A stretch of 64,000 nucleotides of DNA from Lingula anatina (lineage: Eukaryota; Animalia; Brachiopoda). The notes below the pieces were generated by a model, which was not told where the DNA came from, did not search any database, and was given only the letters and a program-made list of their open reading frames with translations. How positions within the stretch are numbered: position 1 is the stretch's first letter; the number at the start of each line of letters is the position of its first letter. Shown here one piece after another: positions 48,640 to 62,170 of the stretch. The stretch spans positions 22,094,534-22,158,533 of the forward strand of contig CM120644.1 of assembly GCA_051362555.1 (NCBI GenBank), read 5' to 3'. The translations under genes and the position numbers were made by a program.

Positions 48640-51600
48640 AGCAGATAACTGGGATTTCCACTGTCACTCCAAGGCGCTTGTTCCATTCACTACTACTAGA
48701 GGGCAGAACTGAGGCTTGTTCCATATACTACCACTAGGAGGCAGTGCTTAGATCCAGGTCGACGCTAGAGTGCGCTCACAGAGGAGACCACCATATCTAT
48801 GACCTTTGATATGATAACATTATTTCAGAGATAAACTATGAACCATTAATGATGTTATAGAAAAAAAACACTTTCTGGGAAATAACAAGATCTCAATTTC
48901 CCTTTCCTGGTAATGAATGAGAAAAACTTGTTTTTGTGAAAACTGATTCTGCGGCAAATGTCACCTATGTCGCTGTGACCCGATCACTTCATAACGAAAC
49001 ATGAAAAGGAAAAAAAATTACAGAAAACGGAAACGAAGGCTTTTTGTCTTTCATTTATTTTCTGAGTTGATACTTTTTTGTGTAATCTAACATCGTAAAA
49101 TATGTGTTGTACATGTAAATTGTTCTTCATCGTAAAATCATTGTGCAAGATTATGTAAGATGATCAGTTATATTGTATAGATTATTTTGTACATATTTCA
49201 GAATTTATCTTGAACTGCTTTCTCATTCATAGGGATGGCGGTTTAAGAATAAATCTCAGACGGGGAAATTAAGTCTGTGGTCTTTTGTTATTTTTACCAC
49301 ATTCTGAAATGAGGAGAAAATATGTTTGTCTACAACTTACTTTTGATAAGGACAAGACCAAAGACTTGCTAACAGACAACAGAATATAAAAAAAACTGTC
49401 TGAACTTGAGACCTATGCCCCTCCCCCCTTGATTCATTTTTTTTTTTTACCCAGCATGCCCATTTGTCAACATGAATGGGAATACTGTGGCAATGGTCAC
49501 TTAATAATCTTGCTGTCCTTTTATTTGGTACCCTTTTAACTTTAAACTACTTGGGTCTGAAAATGTTTTGCCAAATTGGACCAAGCTCGGGGGGAAAAAT
49601 GTTGATGCGTGAAAATATCTCGAGAAATTTGTACCAGCAAGAGAGGTGTGTATAAGGTGCCATACCGTAATTATGTACTGACATTAATAAATGAATGCAT
49701 ATGACAAGAACTCCACATATTGTTTGAAAGAACTTTATGTTGAGATAATTTCAATTTTTTAACAAAAACAGAAAACAAAGCTGGAGAAAAGGCAGTTCAA
49801 CATAATACAACTCTACCCACTTAAAAAGCGTCTAATTCAAGCTCTATGCAGGTAAACTGCACCACCCTAAATAACAAAATTCCTTTAGAACTAACCGTCC
49901 TCCAAATAAAAAACTCTGGGATAATGTTCACATAAATACAATTTTATTTTTTTCAAACATCGTTCTCACTTCCATCACCCTTCCCCTTCCCAATCCAGTT
50001 AAAAGCACAAACGCTGTGGCGAAGAGAGGGTCACATTTCCCTTTTGTCATGCACCTCTAGCTGCTCTGATGGGGGGGCCATAGCAATAATCCCAAGGTTC
50101 ATTGGTCCGAAGGTTCACTACAGAACCTTGATTAAAAAAAACGCTGAATATGTTACCATTTTTTGGACAAATGAACCTTCGAACTTTCGAGACGCTCCCG
50201 TTCTGATTTACATCCTGATTTTATTGTCAACCAAATGCTAGTTATTTCATTTGCAACTTTCACCAATAGAAAACCAATACACTGATCTTCATCAGTTGTT
50301 CTATCATTTTATCACAACACAGGTAATAAACACCTGTCTAGTAGCATGAAATTGGTCCTTAATTAATTAATATGACCCATAGCTGACCAATACCATAGCG
50401 ACAAACAATCACATTTATACGTCTGTGGCCAGACTTATGTCAATACCACCTTGATTTTCTTTAAGTAGAATAACAAAACATTGACAAAGGATGGCAAATT
50501 TAAAAATCTAAGGCAATAGCTTTAATTCAGATTAAATAAAGACTGGCAAATTGATTTTACCCCTTTATTTTCAGAAAAAAAGTTCATTTGAAGTTGGGAG
50601 TAATTCTTATAAATATTAAGTGGGAAACGAACTTCTAAATCACACCTTCAAGCAATGTCATATTATAAGTGCCAGAGGAGATAAATATGTAAAACAAGCT
50701 CATCTAATAAATTTCCTATTCTACCTTGATTCAGTTCCAACATTTCTGTTCCACCTTTGTCACTGCCCACTTCATTGATGAGGGAATCCAGCCAGATAAA
50801 AATGTTGATGACATTATATATTTTAATGTACAGGCAAGACTTGAAGGCACTAGTAATACTAAACAACTACATTTACTCACAATTTCAAACACCTTAATTC
50901 CAATATTGAATTTTTTTCACAATTTTTTCAACTTTTAAATCATTCAATATCGTTTTACATACATCAAATGCATTTCATCACAACTCGTCAAAGAGCGCCG
51001 GGGCTTAAATTTTCCCTTTTCGACCCCCAATAATAACATAATTCCAAATACTATCCGTGCACAGTAGGCACATTTGTACATATAGGTATATGTGTAAAAT
51101 ACCATGGATCCACATAACCTGACAAATAGAATAGAAATGTTCATGTTGCGTATGCACAAGAAAATATTTCAGCACATATGAAATACAAATTGGTTATAAA
51201 TATATCACCATGATTAGACGTCTGCACACCAAAACCACCATAGGTGCAGACAAAAATTCAATAAATTAAAGAAAGATTATCAGTCAACAAATTTTAATTT
51301 GCTCTGAAAGACTGTAGACAATGGGAAAGGGGCTTGGTGGAGGGGGGGGGGGATGCTAACCAGCAATTGCACAAACCAAGTGTGACCATAAACACTTCAA
51401 TGTCAGATCTGTCTGGAGATGAGGCCGACTTTTTTATCAAAATATTTCTAAGTCTATTAGCATTCCTTGAGAACAATACTGCAAAGCATCTCCAAGCCAT
51501 GAAAATATATTTTTTTCTATCACGATAATATCCAGGGCTTCTATATACAAACTTACCTACACAACACAAGAAATATACACAACACCAAAAAAACGTGCTT

Positions 51601-52242
51601 AAATACATTGAAAACAAACCCTGTGCAATTATAACTGGGTACTATAAATATTGCAATCTTGAATTTTGATTTTATCAAAAAGATCAAAGAAAAGTTTTGA
51701 TGAAAAGAAACAAGAAAGTCATCAGCTAAGAGATATTATGTTTATGTTAGTTTCCAGCTTGTAAAAAATATGAAACACAGGCACAGATATGCAAAGAATG
51801 GCAATTTTTTCCTTCATATTGCCACAATTAATATATATTTACTATAAATAAGCACCCCCTTCCAGTTTTATTCTTAATATACAGTGCCAAGAGACAATAC
51901 TCATCTTGAATACTAAACAGGAAGTTAATATTAAGTTTTTATCCTGTGTGTGTAATCTGAGCTCAAAACTCTGAAGAATGTGGGCGGGGCTTATGCATTT
52001 TAATGCTACTCCCAACTTGTCAATCAAAAAGATAATGACAGTCCACGTCACAGGACCAGTTCTTTCTCCTGCTTCATACAATGAGGTGCTGTATCAGTTT
52101 GCTACAGCTTTGTAGTAGAGAGATGGGAACAAAGTTCAACTCCATAAGAGTGTCACACAGTTCAGAGTCCTTTCAATAAGGGTGGAGCTCTGCTGAAAGG
52201 GGCGGGGCTTCCACCCAAAAATGGGCAGGGCTATGCTGAAAA

Positions 52243-55200
52243 CTAGGTGTGGCTTGTGATGACAGCTACTAGTTCTGGGTTTTGCGCCGCGGGGTCCGTA
52301 ACTGGTGGCGTCGATGATGGCTGATATGGCGGGGGCTGGGGAATAGCGGCAGCACCTAATATGGAAAAAATTCTGATATTTTTATTTGTTCTTAAAATTA
52401 TTTTATGTCAATATCTAAAGTACACTGCTAAATATACAACTTTAATGAAGTATTCTATTAAATTATCTTGGAAAAAAAGTCATCACTATCATCATGGTCC
52501 TGTACCTGAGGAGACCTGTTGTTGGGAGTTGACTGCAGTATTTGTATTCTCTGTAGTGGTGGCGGCTGTTACCACTGGCTCCCCTGGGTATGGGGGCAGA
52601 TCCTGCTTTGATGGGGGGTATGCATCTGGTTTGGAAATCACCTGGAAATATCAGATAGAATGAGAAAGAGTTTGGCATAAAATCTGTTAATAAGAAAACT
52701 CTTCACAAAGTAAAAGATATTCTAACAAAGAAGTTGGGCTACTCTGGCTCAATGTCACTCACATATAATAGGAAATCCACTTTGAAATCCTTTTATAAGT
52801 CATCAAATACTTGTACATATTTCTGGATCAGTCTAAGGCTTAGCTCGACACACTGCTAACATCAGATAGCCAGCTAACTGAAACCAGACAGCCAACTAAC
52901 TAAAGCCAGCTTTGCTATATTGGTCTTGTAGCTAGCTATTTGTCCACAAACAGTATACTAGTAGTTGAGTCAAGAGTGTTCTAGGGTCACAGCTACACTG
53001 GACAATTTGTGACCACACAACTGAATTGTCTATATTCATAGCAGTCTTTGCTAAGACAGATTTTCTACTAGCTACAGTTATAAAGCAGAACCGATCTCTC
53101 TGGTGCTATATGAGTGGCCCCTACCTCTGCATAAGGGGGTGGAGATGGGAAATTCCCCTGGGCTTGTTGCTGGGGGTATGGCCCCCCATACGGGTACATC
53201 TGGGGGCCTGCAGGGTTGGTATAGTCCATGGAGGGTATGAAGAGATGACCCTGCTGTGCAGTGGTGGTGCGTTGCTGGGCCAACATCCACTGGCGACGGC
53301 GCCAATAGCCACATGCTCCAAAACAGGACAGAAGGATGAAGATGATTATGAACCTGAAGAAGAATTGGCAATTGATGCAATGAATGTATTATTTTTTATA
53401 ATAATTCTTTTCATGAAAAGATCTTGACCATCAGTTACTAGTATGCTTATTTTTGGTCAAATTAATTCCTTCATTTACATTTTGAAGAAAAATATACATT
53501 TGTTAAATCTTAATTTCTTAGAAATTGCTACAGATCAAAAATTTTAATTTTCTGTAGCTTTTACTGGCAATGTATCATCTACAGATGTGCAGCAATTTTA
53601 TCCATGTTGGAAATAAATAAAAATTAAAAATTTTATGTTTTCATTAAGGCTGCCCAAATTCGATTACTTTTTCGTGTTTCAATCTTAAATCATGAAACTG
53701 AATATCTTACCAGAAATACCACATGTTCCAAATGCTCCAACTGTAGTAGTAGCCATCATAGCTACAACATCCCTCACTGCAGCAGCCATAGTCACAGCTG
53801 AAACAGAAACAAGGGAGATTGTACAATATATCACAGGTAGACCAAGGTGGGAGTGCTGGGGACTCGGGGTGGGGAGGGGGGGGCAAGGGGGGGGGGGCAG
53901 GGAGTCCCATACCCGGAGAGAAAAAAAAAAGCTTAAAAGAGACCCTTTCATATACTACCACTACTGCAAAATGTATCAGACAGTGCACTCGGTAGGATTT
54001 TTCTAAGGGAGTACCGTACCCCTTGCCCAAAAAAAGAAGGGGTAATTTTCAAAATGAAGGGGTAAAATTAAAAAATGCTCATCAAGGTGTAATTTTGTGT
54101 ATTAATAATCATGCAATCACACAGTTCACTTTCATAACAATAACCCACTATCCTTTTATCCAAAATCTTTTATTATTGCAATTTAACAAAAAGAAAACAA
54201 AATTAAACTGCGACTTTGTGCAGATCATCAGACTGGGATAGTGGAGGAACAATCTGGGACAGTGGAGTATCATTCTGTGACACTGCAGTTGGTAGTTGGT
54301 CACTATAAAAAAATTGTAAATGTATTTTAATTAAAAAAACAAACAGGTAGTTACTATGTCACCTTATAGTGTTGTTTATTTGGCTTTTTCTCCAAAAATC
54401 AGTGGGGGGGGGGGGGGGTGTGAAAATATAACATGTAATTTATTAGAGATTTTACATTGCTTTTAAATTACCACAGAAACAATCAAAATACAACAAGTAC
54501 GACTGCACTTCATAGCCAAAAATTTACAATCTATTCTTGACTGAGATTTAAAAATGCTCCTGGCCTAACTGCTTCCTTAGTAAAGTTTTTAAAAAAACTA
54601 GGTCAAACAAGCGCTCTGTAATAGTTGGGAGAGGGAGAGATAGAGAACGGCGCCAAAATGTCTGGACACTGACAAGTAGTCACCCAGTATCCGTCTCTGT
54701 CAAACAAGCATTTTTTAGTATACTATTTGAGAAGGGACACAAAATTTACATATTTAGCCATTTTAATCAATCAAAATGTTCATACTTCTTACTCTCCCTA
54801 GTGTTTCTCCCTAAAATTGATGCCGACAAAAAGTAGGTCAAGTCGGGAACATTAGGCACCCGTCGTTTTTAAGTTTTACTAAATTGTTTATAAAAATTAA
54901 ACCTTTGCTTTCAATTTGTAAATAATTACTAGAAATATTATTTCACAGTTTGTTGAAAGATAATTTTTATTTATGTTTGTTAGCGCAGCACTTCAAGTTC
55001 AACTGTTTTCTAAGCTGGCCAAATCTGGAGCTAGCCGGTTGCTGCAAACCACTTTGTTTCCAACCGGCAAATGACTGCCAATAATAAACGATCTATTTTG
55101 TCTGTGATAATAAATTTTACACTTCAAATTTTCCGGGCAAGTGAACAGCCGAAAGTCACTTGCGTTTCCGGGCAACTACCAGCTAAATTTTAAGTGCCCG

Positions 55201-56219
55201 GCTGATAAAACTAGTTGCGAAACGCAACCATCGCAAGTAGGTATGTCGGACTCTGAAATCTATAGTAAATAACTTTGCCTTCCTTGCATGACAAAACCTT
55301 TTAATTGACTGTTGTTTTTTTTCCTTTGCTTTTCCTTTTTCTCGTCATTTTGTCATCACTGGTAATCAGCAGAGCTGGAAATTCCCGGTCGCCCGCTCGT
55401 CAAATGCGACTAAAAATTTATTCTGACGACTAAAACTACAAAAGTCACAAGGGTTATTGGCCTAAAGTATTTGGTCTGGGCGAGTGATTTAAATTGGTCC
55501 TAAACGTATGGTTGCTCAATTAAAATGTTGAACAATTATGTGAATAAAAAAACGATCATTTCATCGTTGTTCATACCTTGTTTATACTAAAGAGAGGCAC
55601 ACGTGCTTTGACCTAAAACTTGCATATTATGACCAATCAGAGAAGATTACGTCATCCTCTGCGGGTCAGTGAAAGAAGAAGCATGTTTTAGTCGGGTAAT
55701 TCAAATATCTTTAAAAGAAAAAAATGAGACACTTGGGAATCAATTATGACATTTTCAACATGAGTCTGACCGTCAACAGTCAACGGACTGGTCAACTTCG
55801 CCGATCTTCAAAGCCAAAGGTGTGCGTATTCGTACGCGCTGGGGCTCCAGCCAATGCGTAAAAACAGCAAAACAACGCGTAATTACGCACTCTCATACGC
55901 TAACGAGTTTACTGTCAGAACTTCATCTTTTATTCAAACATGTTATCTTCTATTTTGGAGTCGGTCCAAATCAAGGGATTAGTTTCTGGCTAGAACTTCA
56001 GCAGTTGTAGCCACTGGCGTAATTCTTCTCACAAAACCTTCTGAATCATGCAACTTAATGAAGTGTCCATGAAGTGAAATGTTGCCTTTGCTGGCAGCAG
56101 ATTCTTGCATGTGAGAGGCGGAGTACAGACATATTACGAGACACTGCACCTGTGCACAAACTAACAGGCTATCTGCTTTTCATGGGCAGAAGACAATTAT
56201 TTTATGGATAAACATTTGC

Positions 56220-56262
<43 letters not shown>

Positions 56263-56573
56263 AATATATATATTTTTTCATTTTGTCTTGTTTGGCAAAA
56301 TTGTAGTAAATTACTAAATCAACTTTAACTTCATCCAAAATGAAAAGCAGTCTACAATTCTTTAATCAATTCATCCTTATACGACAGCAGACATTAATTT
56401 AAAAAGCAAAATGTTGTGTACAATCTGGCTGACAAACACACATATGTATCATGCATGACAGCGACATACACCACGCCTGGTTCTTGTTCTCCTCACCCAC
56501 AAAAACTAAGTCACATATACCACTCTTCAGCAAGGTGCATGCAACGTTCATGCACACTTCTCAGCCACGCATG

Positions 56574-56607
<34 letters not shown>

Positions 56608-59600
56608 TGCTGCCTTGTGTTATCTAGCAGAAATCTAAGAGTAATGGTGATAATCACACAAGCATACATATTCCAGGAACTACATATTGAGAAAAACCCC
56701 TGAGGGAGTCATACTCACTATCTCTGAAAATCTTGGCAGAATTCAGCTGCTACCTGAAGAGACAAAGAAAGTAAATTGAATATTATGTCAACAATGAAGA
56801 ACTCTTGATCTTTTAACATGAAATAGTTCACAAAGAAAAAAAAAAAACAGATAAAACTATACCACACAGTCAGATAATGCAAATTCTGCACACATTACTA
56901 GTACTGCCTTCATACTTCAACAATTAAGAAAACTGCTTTGTTCTTTAAAAGCAAAACTTAGTAAGATACGGAAACATCCTGATAAAATGTTTAGGATAGG
57001 TCATAATGGGCTTACTAGTACTTGGAATCGATAAGATTTTGGTAGTGATCCAATAAATAATCAATAATGAGAACTGAGCTGCCTTATAACAAGTCGAGTG
57101 CTTTGTGAGTGCTTTTCTACTTCAAATAATTGTGCTTCCCTGTTTAATATTAAGTTTCTTGTATTATTGACATTATTCCCTACATGAAAATGGATGCTGT
57201 AGACTTTAAGAAGACAACAATCACCTAGACTTGGTGACCCTACAGATATATCTAGGCCACTTTCATCTCTACCACTCCTTTATGATCCCCAAATGGAAAC
57301 ATTTCTTCAAAAACACAATGAATCAGACAGGTAACCCCAATAGCAGGCAAACTCCCAAGAGGTCAGGGATAAACCAGTGGAAAGAAAGGCCCTTGTGTGG
57401 TAAATGTCATCCCTTTTTAAAGCAACACTGAGAATAAAAACAATTTCCTTGCAACTGGCCCAAGCTTTACCAGTCCAGCAAAGATCAGAAATGCCAAGCA
57501 CCTGCCTTGTATTACAGCCGACCTTTCTTCAAAGTAATGTGTCCTCAGATATGCTGACCTAACTGACTGACCTGAGATGACCCGAGATGACCTCAGCTCC
57601 TCTTTAAGTACACATATCAGTTAACTTATTAATTGGATATTCAGAAATGGTCTTGAATGCCCTCTACAAATAATCCGTTTAGTCTGTCTGGGTTTGGGAG
57701 TTAAAATCCATTATAGATCTATTTGAATGTGGGTATCGACTTTTGTTTGAATCCTCCATTTTGTTTAAATGTATACTTTGTTTACGTTTTAGTGGGAGGA
57801 TCACATTAAAGAGAAATTCCTATCATGCCAGCTCTCTCCTCAGATATGACCAATTACCATTCACACAAATGCTTCTGAGATGTGTGTGCTATCAATGGTT
57901 GATATATCGTCTGAAAAATACTGCCACTTTACTATCAACACATCTACTAGCCACTAATAATGTTTAAACCCGTTTGTGTTTATACTTTCTTTTTCTGCCC
58001 ATTAAAGGCAATCTATTTCCATCTTATCTACATGTAACTGCTTTCTTCAGCCAAGGGAGTGTTTTTTGGGTTTTTTTCACTTTATTTCAGGTTTCACTAA
58101 ATACTTATCATGATATGTACAAGACATGTCCTAAAATACAGCAGGAATCAGGAAAGTGTACAGAATCGTCATGATGTGCAGACAGCAAAATATTCCTCAG
58201 ACGTGTTAATTGATTTTAATGGAGCAGCAGGCATGGGCATCGGGTTCCTATTAGCATTGTACTAGTAATTGCTCCTAGCTAACTCTTACTGGTCTTATTT
58301 GTCTTCCTATACTAATTGCTTTTACCTAACTTTATTATACCCCATGGTATTATTAAGAAGTCAGTACAATGAATTTATTTAGAGGTCTGAGAAAAATTAC
58401 CATAACCAATTTGAAAACACCAAGACCTTTCTATAACCTCATTCATAATTTCCATGCAACACTGCCGCTTAAAACATGGTATAAAGTTTTGCAATGATCA
58501 TGAAATATTCACTTAGAAAATAACGATTATCTAGCTCACAGATGAATCATCAAGATAGAAGTTTTTATTCATCTTGTCACTCATGCACAGTTAGATAATT
58601 AATACTCTTGATTTTAGTCTACATTATTGATTTCATCTGCCTACGAAGAAAAAAAAATATGCTCAAATATATCCCAACATCACACAAATTAATATCTCCT
58701 GACCAACAAAACTCATTTTTTTATTTGTGATTGAAATGGAGGTCAAATAAGGATGGAAACCCTTAGACACACAACTAATTGTAAAGTCAAGAGACCTTGA
58801 AAATCTCACCACAGTAAACATATCCGTGTTATTGTCACCTGTACACGGTATCGATCAACAAGAAAACACAAACAAGCTGCTTTATTGTCAGACTTGACAA
58901 AATTAATTATGTAGACCAGTGAAAAAGCGAAAGACAAACACAGCAGAAAACCCGTTAAAATGTTTTTTTAAAAAATCTAATGAAAACAGAACAAAGTAAT
59001 ACTAAACCTATGCTGACAACCTACATTCAAACAAAAGTTGAGAAAATGAAAAAAATAAAAATAAAAATCACAAGAGGAGCAAACTGAGGACAAGGGCTAC
59101 ATAACAGAGATGATTGCGCAGCTGATGACGTGAAAACTGATTGCAAAGCGATGAAATGGACTTGATTGCAGAATTAGAGTACCTTTGTGTAATGAGCACC
59201 TGCATCTCTCTCACTACCTGTCAATAATACCTACACAATAGGGAGCCATGTTAATATTTGCAATATCTAGGAAATACATGATATACAAATTATCACCATC
59301 CTTATGATTATTAGTACACTGTTTTGACGATCACAAGCTTCGCAAAGGAACTTTTGCCTGAAAATTGGCTTCAAGGTTCCTGAGCCAAGATAAACCAACA
59401 GTTCAATGAAATAAAATTACTAGTATATGTTTGCACCTCTTTAAAAACATTAACAGGCTTCAAACAATAATACAGTATGCTCTTAACTGAGGTGGACTTC
59501 TGTGAGTTTGTCCTGAAATAATGCTGGCCAAGTGCTGTCTAAACTCACCACTAATGTTATTTTGAAAAGCTGGTTGCAGTATTACTGTAACAGTCCAGTT

Positions 59601-61780
59601 GTAAAGGTGATTACTGCACTCCACAATGACATATGTCAGTGTACAAAGCTTAGACCCCATTCCCATAGATTTTAGAACGATCTATCCCTATGGGGAGTCT
59701 CACTTGATTACTGCCGGCTTAGCCAGCTGAAGCGTCTGTCCCGCCTATAAAAGATGTCAGGAGTGATTAACTATGGTTCGGGCTCGGCTGACTGCAATTT
59801 AGCGTGAACCCCCAGGGAGTTAGGTCGATCTAAATCTAAATCCCTGGATCGATCTAAATCTCTGTAAATACACCCTTAAAAATGCTTATTCCTGATCTCA
59901 CAAGGTATAAATTAATGAAATTGCAGTTTTGACCACAGACCTAAAACTACTAGTACTCACATCTCTCTCCCTATCTCTTTTAAATAAAAAATCAAAGATT
60001 TCTTTTTTTTTTCTCCTTATTTCTTTTATTAGGGACGTTGTCTTATCGCACTGCACTTATTACATTCTAGATTGTATTCAGAGATATAAGTACTAGCATG
60101 GCATGTTTTACTCCAGCTACTAACATTAGAAGGTAGCCCTTTTTCCTTTTCATTGTTCTCTGTGTGCACATGAGCAGGTCCATTGACATCACTGTCAATT
60201 ATCAAGGATATATATCAGTCTTCAAACTCGTACCCGTCATCTAAGTTCATGAGTTTGACATTATCAATCTTCTACAACCTCTTTAATCTAAGATGAAGGA
60301 TTCAGTCTTTAGGAGCACAATTATCAATTTGATTAGCTTGACAGACAGGCTGAAAACTTTTCAGAATGGCCGGACATTTGGACCGACAGTAATGAAAAAT
60401 TTGCTGGACCGAATGGATTTCTGTCGGACCAAAAATCACCCTATTCATTTGAGACAGATACTACTGGTATGATTAGAGTAGCTTACTTTGTTTGTGAATG
60501 TGATAGGTTTGAAATGGAAGGGAAAAACACTTTGAGTTTTATATAATTTTATGAGTTAAGTATGTCGAATGATGACTGTAAATTCAAAATTGCTGCTCTA
60601 AAAACTCTTGTCGGTCCTTTAGACCGACCAAGTCCAATTTTTTACCAGTCCAGACAAATTTTCCCGGTCATAACCGATCGGACTGACAGTTTCAGCATGT
60701 CTGGCTTGATTATTAATACATCCCTTTACCTCTTCTGTGAATGCTTGAAATCAACTTCATCTTTACAGATCTTTAATTTAAAGTACTAGTAATAAAACTA
60801 ATGCAGTTTTACAGTTATAAACAAGTTGTGTTTTGTTTTGATAATGGACTGAGAGTGCATCTGAACTGATGGGCTTAGAAATATTTGTGGGTCATATAAA
60901 CAGTCATTATCCAATGACTATGCAAAGATGTGACGGAGGGGAAAACCCCTGCTCCTGAATGGAAAATCCAGTCACCCTCAGTTTCCTTTTTAAATGTACA
61001 TTAAGCATTTCTTGCTGAACTAATCTGAGAACAAATACTTTTTTCGCCATATTTTATGCTAAAAAAAGTTCTTTTTTGCAGGAAAAGCATACACATACAC
61101 TGTACACCTATGGGATTCTATTTTACTGAATCACGTGAGAGGTGAACAGTGTATTACCTGTGACTGTCCTTGAGGTCACATCCTGGTTTGAAATGAAAGT
61201 GGCAGACATTTCAACATCAACTTTCCTTTTGTTCTATTGCACAATCAGGTTACACTAAAGGGTTACTGTAGAAATCATGATGCATGTGCAGGGGGGGGGG
61301 GGTGCACTTCTGAGTACATGAAGGCCCTAAATGCACAATAACTTATCACAATAGTAGCACTCCTTTAGCAATACAGTGTACTTCAGTTCGTACAATTTAA
61401 CACTTTCAAGTTTCACTTAACGCATACTTTTGCTGTCCTCCAACCTGAAATCTCGACAAAAACTTCCTGGTTGTAACCACACATTATCCCGCAACCAAAA
61501 GTCCGCTGGTGCCTTGTTATCAACATTTAGAGCACAGGCACTACCTGGTGTCACATCAGATCAGAATGACTTGACAGAATCATCATGGCAATTCAACATA
61601 TCATTGGCATACATGGTTTGAAAATGAAATACAAAAGATTTTCAAAACATTTACTGGTGCAGTCATCTTGACAGAACTGTAACGAAACACATAAAATATC
61701 TCGTTTCTCTCCCTGCATACCTGTATAATGTTGTTTCCTAGGAAAACTAAAAGTATCTGTATAACTGTCGACACTGACAT
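52243..61780 (-). CDS. VOPP1/WBP1-family (Shisa-like) single-pass membrane protein with PPxY motifs
   Basis: Exons approx 61721-61780 (signal peptide, tentative), 56718-56752, 53711-53797 (CDYGCCSEGCC..MWYFW), 53124-53353 (TM, WRRRQ, PPPY), 52506-52641 (LPPY), 52243-52354 (PPPY, stop). Confidence 0.8.
59653..59876. mobile_element. MITE, PIF/Harbinger-like; inverted relative of 30761-30977
   Basis: Same terminal GACCCCATTCCCA and reverse-complement internal similarity. Confidence 0.65.
60342..60703. mobile_element. hAT-like MITE, 6-bp TSD
   Basis: TIR CAGACAGGCTGAAA / TTTCAGCATGTCTG; GCTTGA on both flanks; GGACCGA subterminal motifs. Confidence 0.8.
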
Positions 61781-62170
61781 TTCGGTCTTTGGTGTCTTCT
61801 AGCTCTTCAAATGGGAATTAATCACTGTATTGTTACGGTAGTAAAATGTTCTGTCGCTCCGAATCTCGATCTATTATTGGAAACTGTGACGTCAAGAAGC
61901 AAGGTGCCCGTATGATGAAAAAAATAGGAAATGTTTTATACAACAAAGAAACGGATGAGAACAAAGAGCCTACCGAACAAACATGTTGATTCTTTGAAAA
62001 AAAAAATGACAGAACTAGACTTGAATTTAAATATCATGTGGTTATGAATTACGATTGGCAAGTTTATGATCTTTTGTGTCTGAAGATTGGTTTCATCAAG
62101 GTCAAGGCTGTTCATCTCCCAGGAAGCTCATTTAAAATAAAAACATTCCCTACTTGATATTGGCAGAAAT

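Noticed and set aside
49000-52200. Short ORFs between TOMM7 and the VOPP1-like gene
   Set aside because: AT-rich UTR/intergenic sequence with no recognisable domains or consistent splice structure.
6294-56604. (CT)n, (TG)n, (CA)n and poly-G/A tracts (e.g. 6294, 7914, 26994, 29362, 56225, 56575)
   Set aside because: Ordinary intronic microsatellites.
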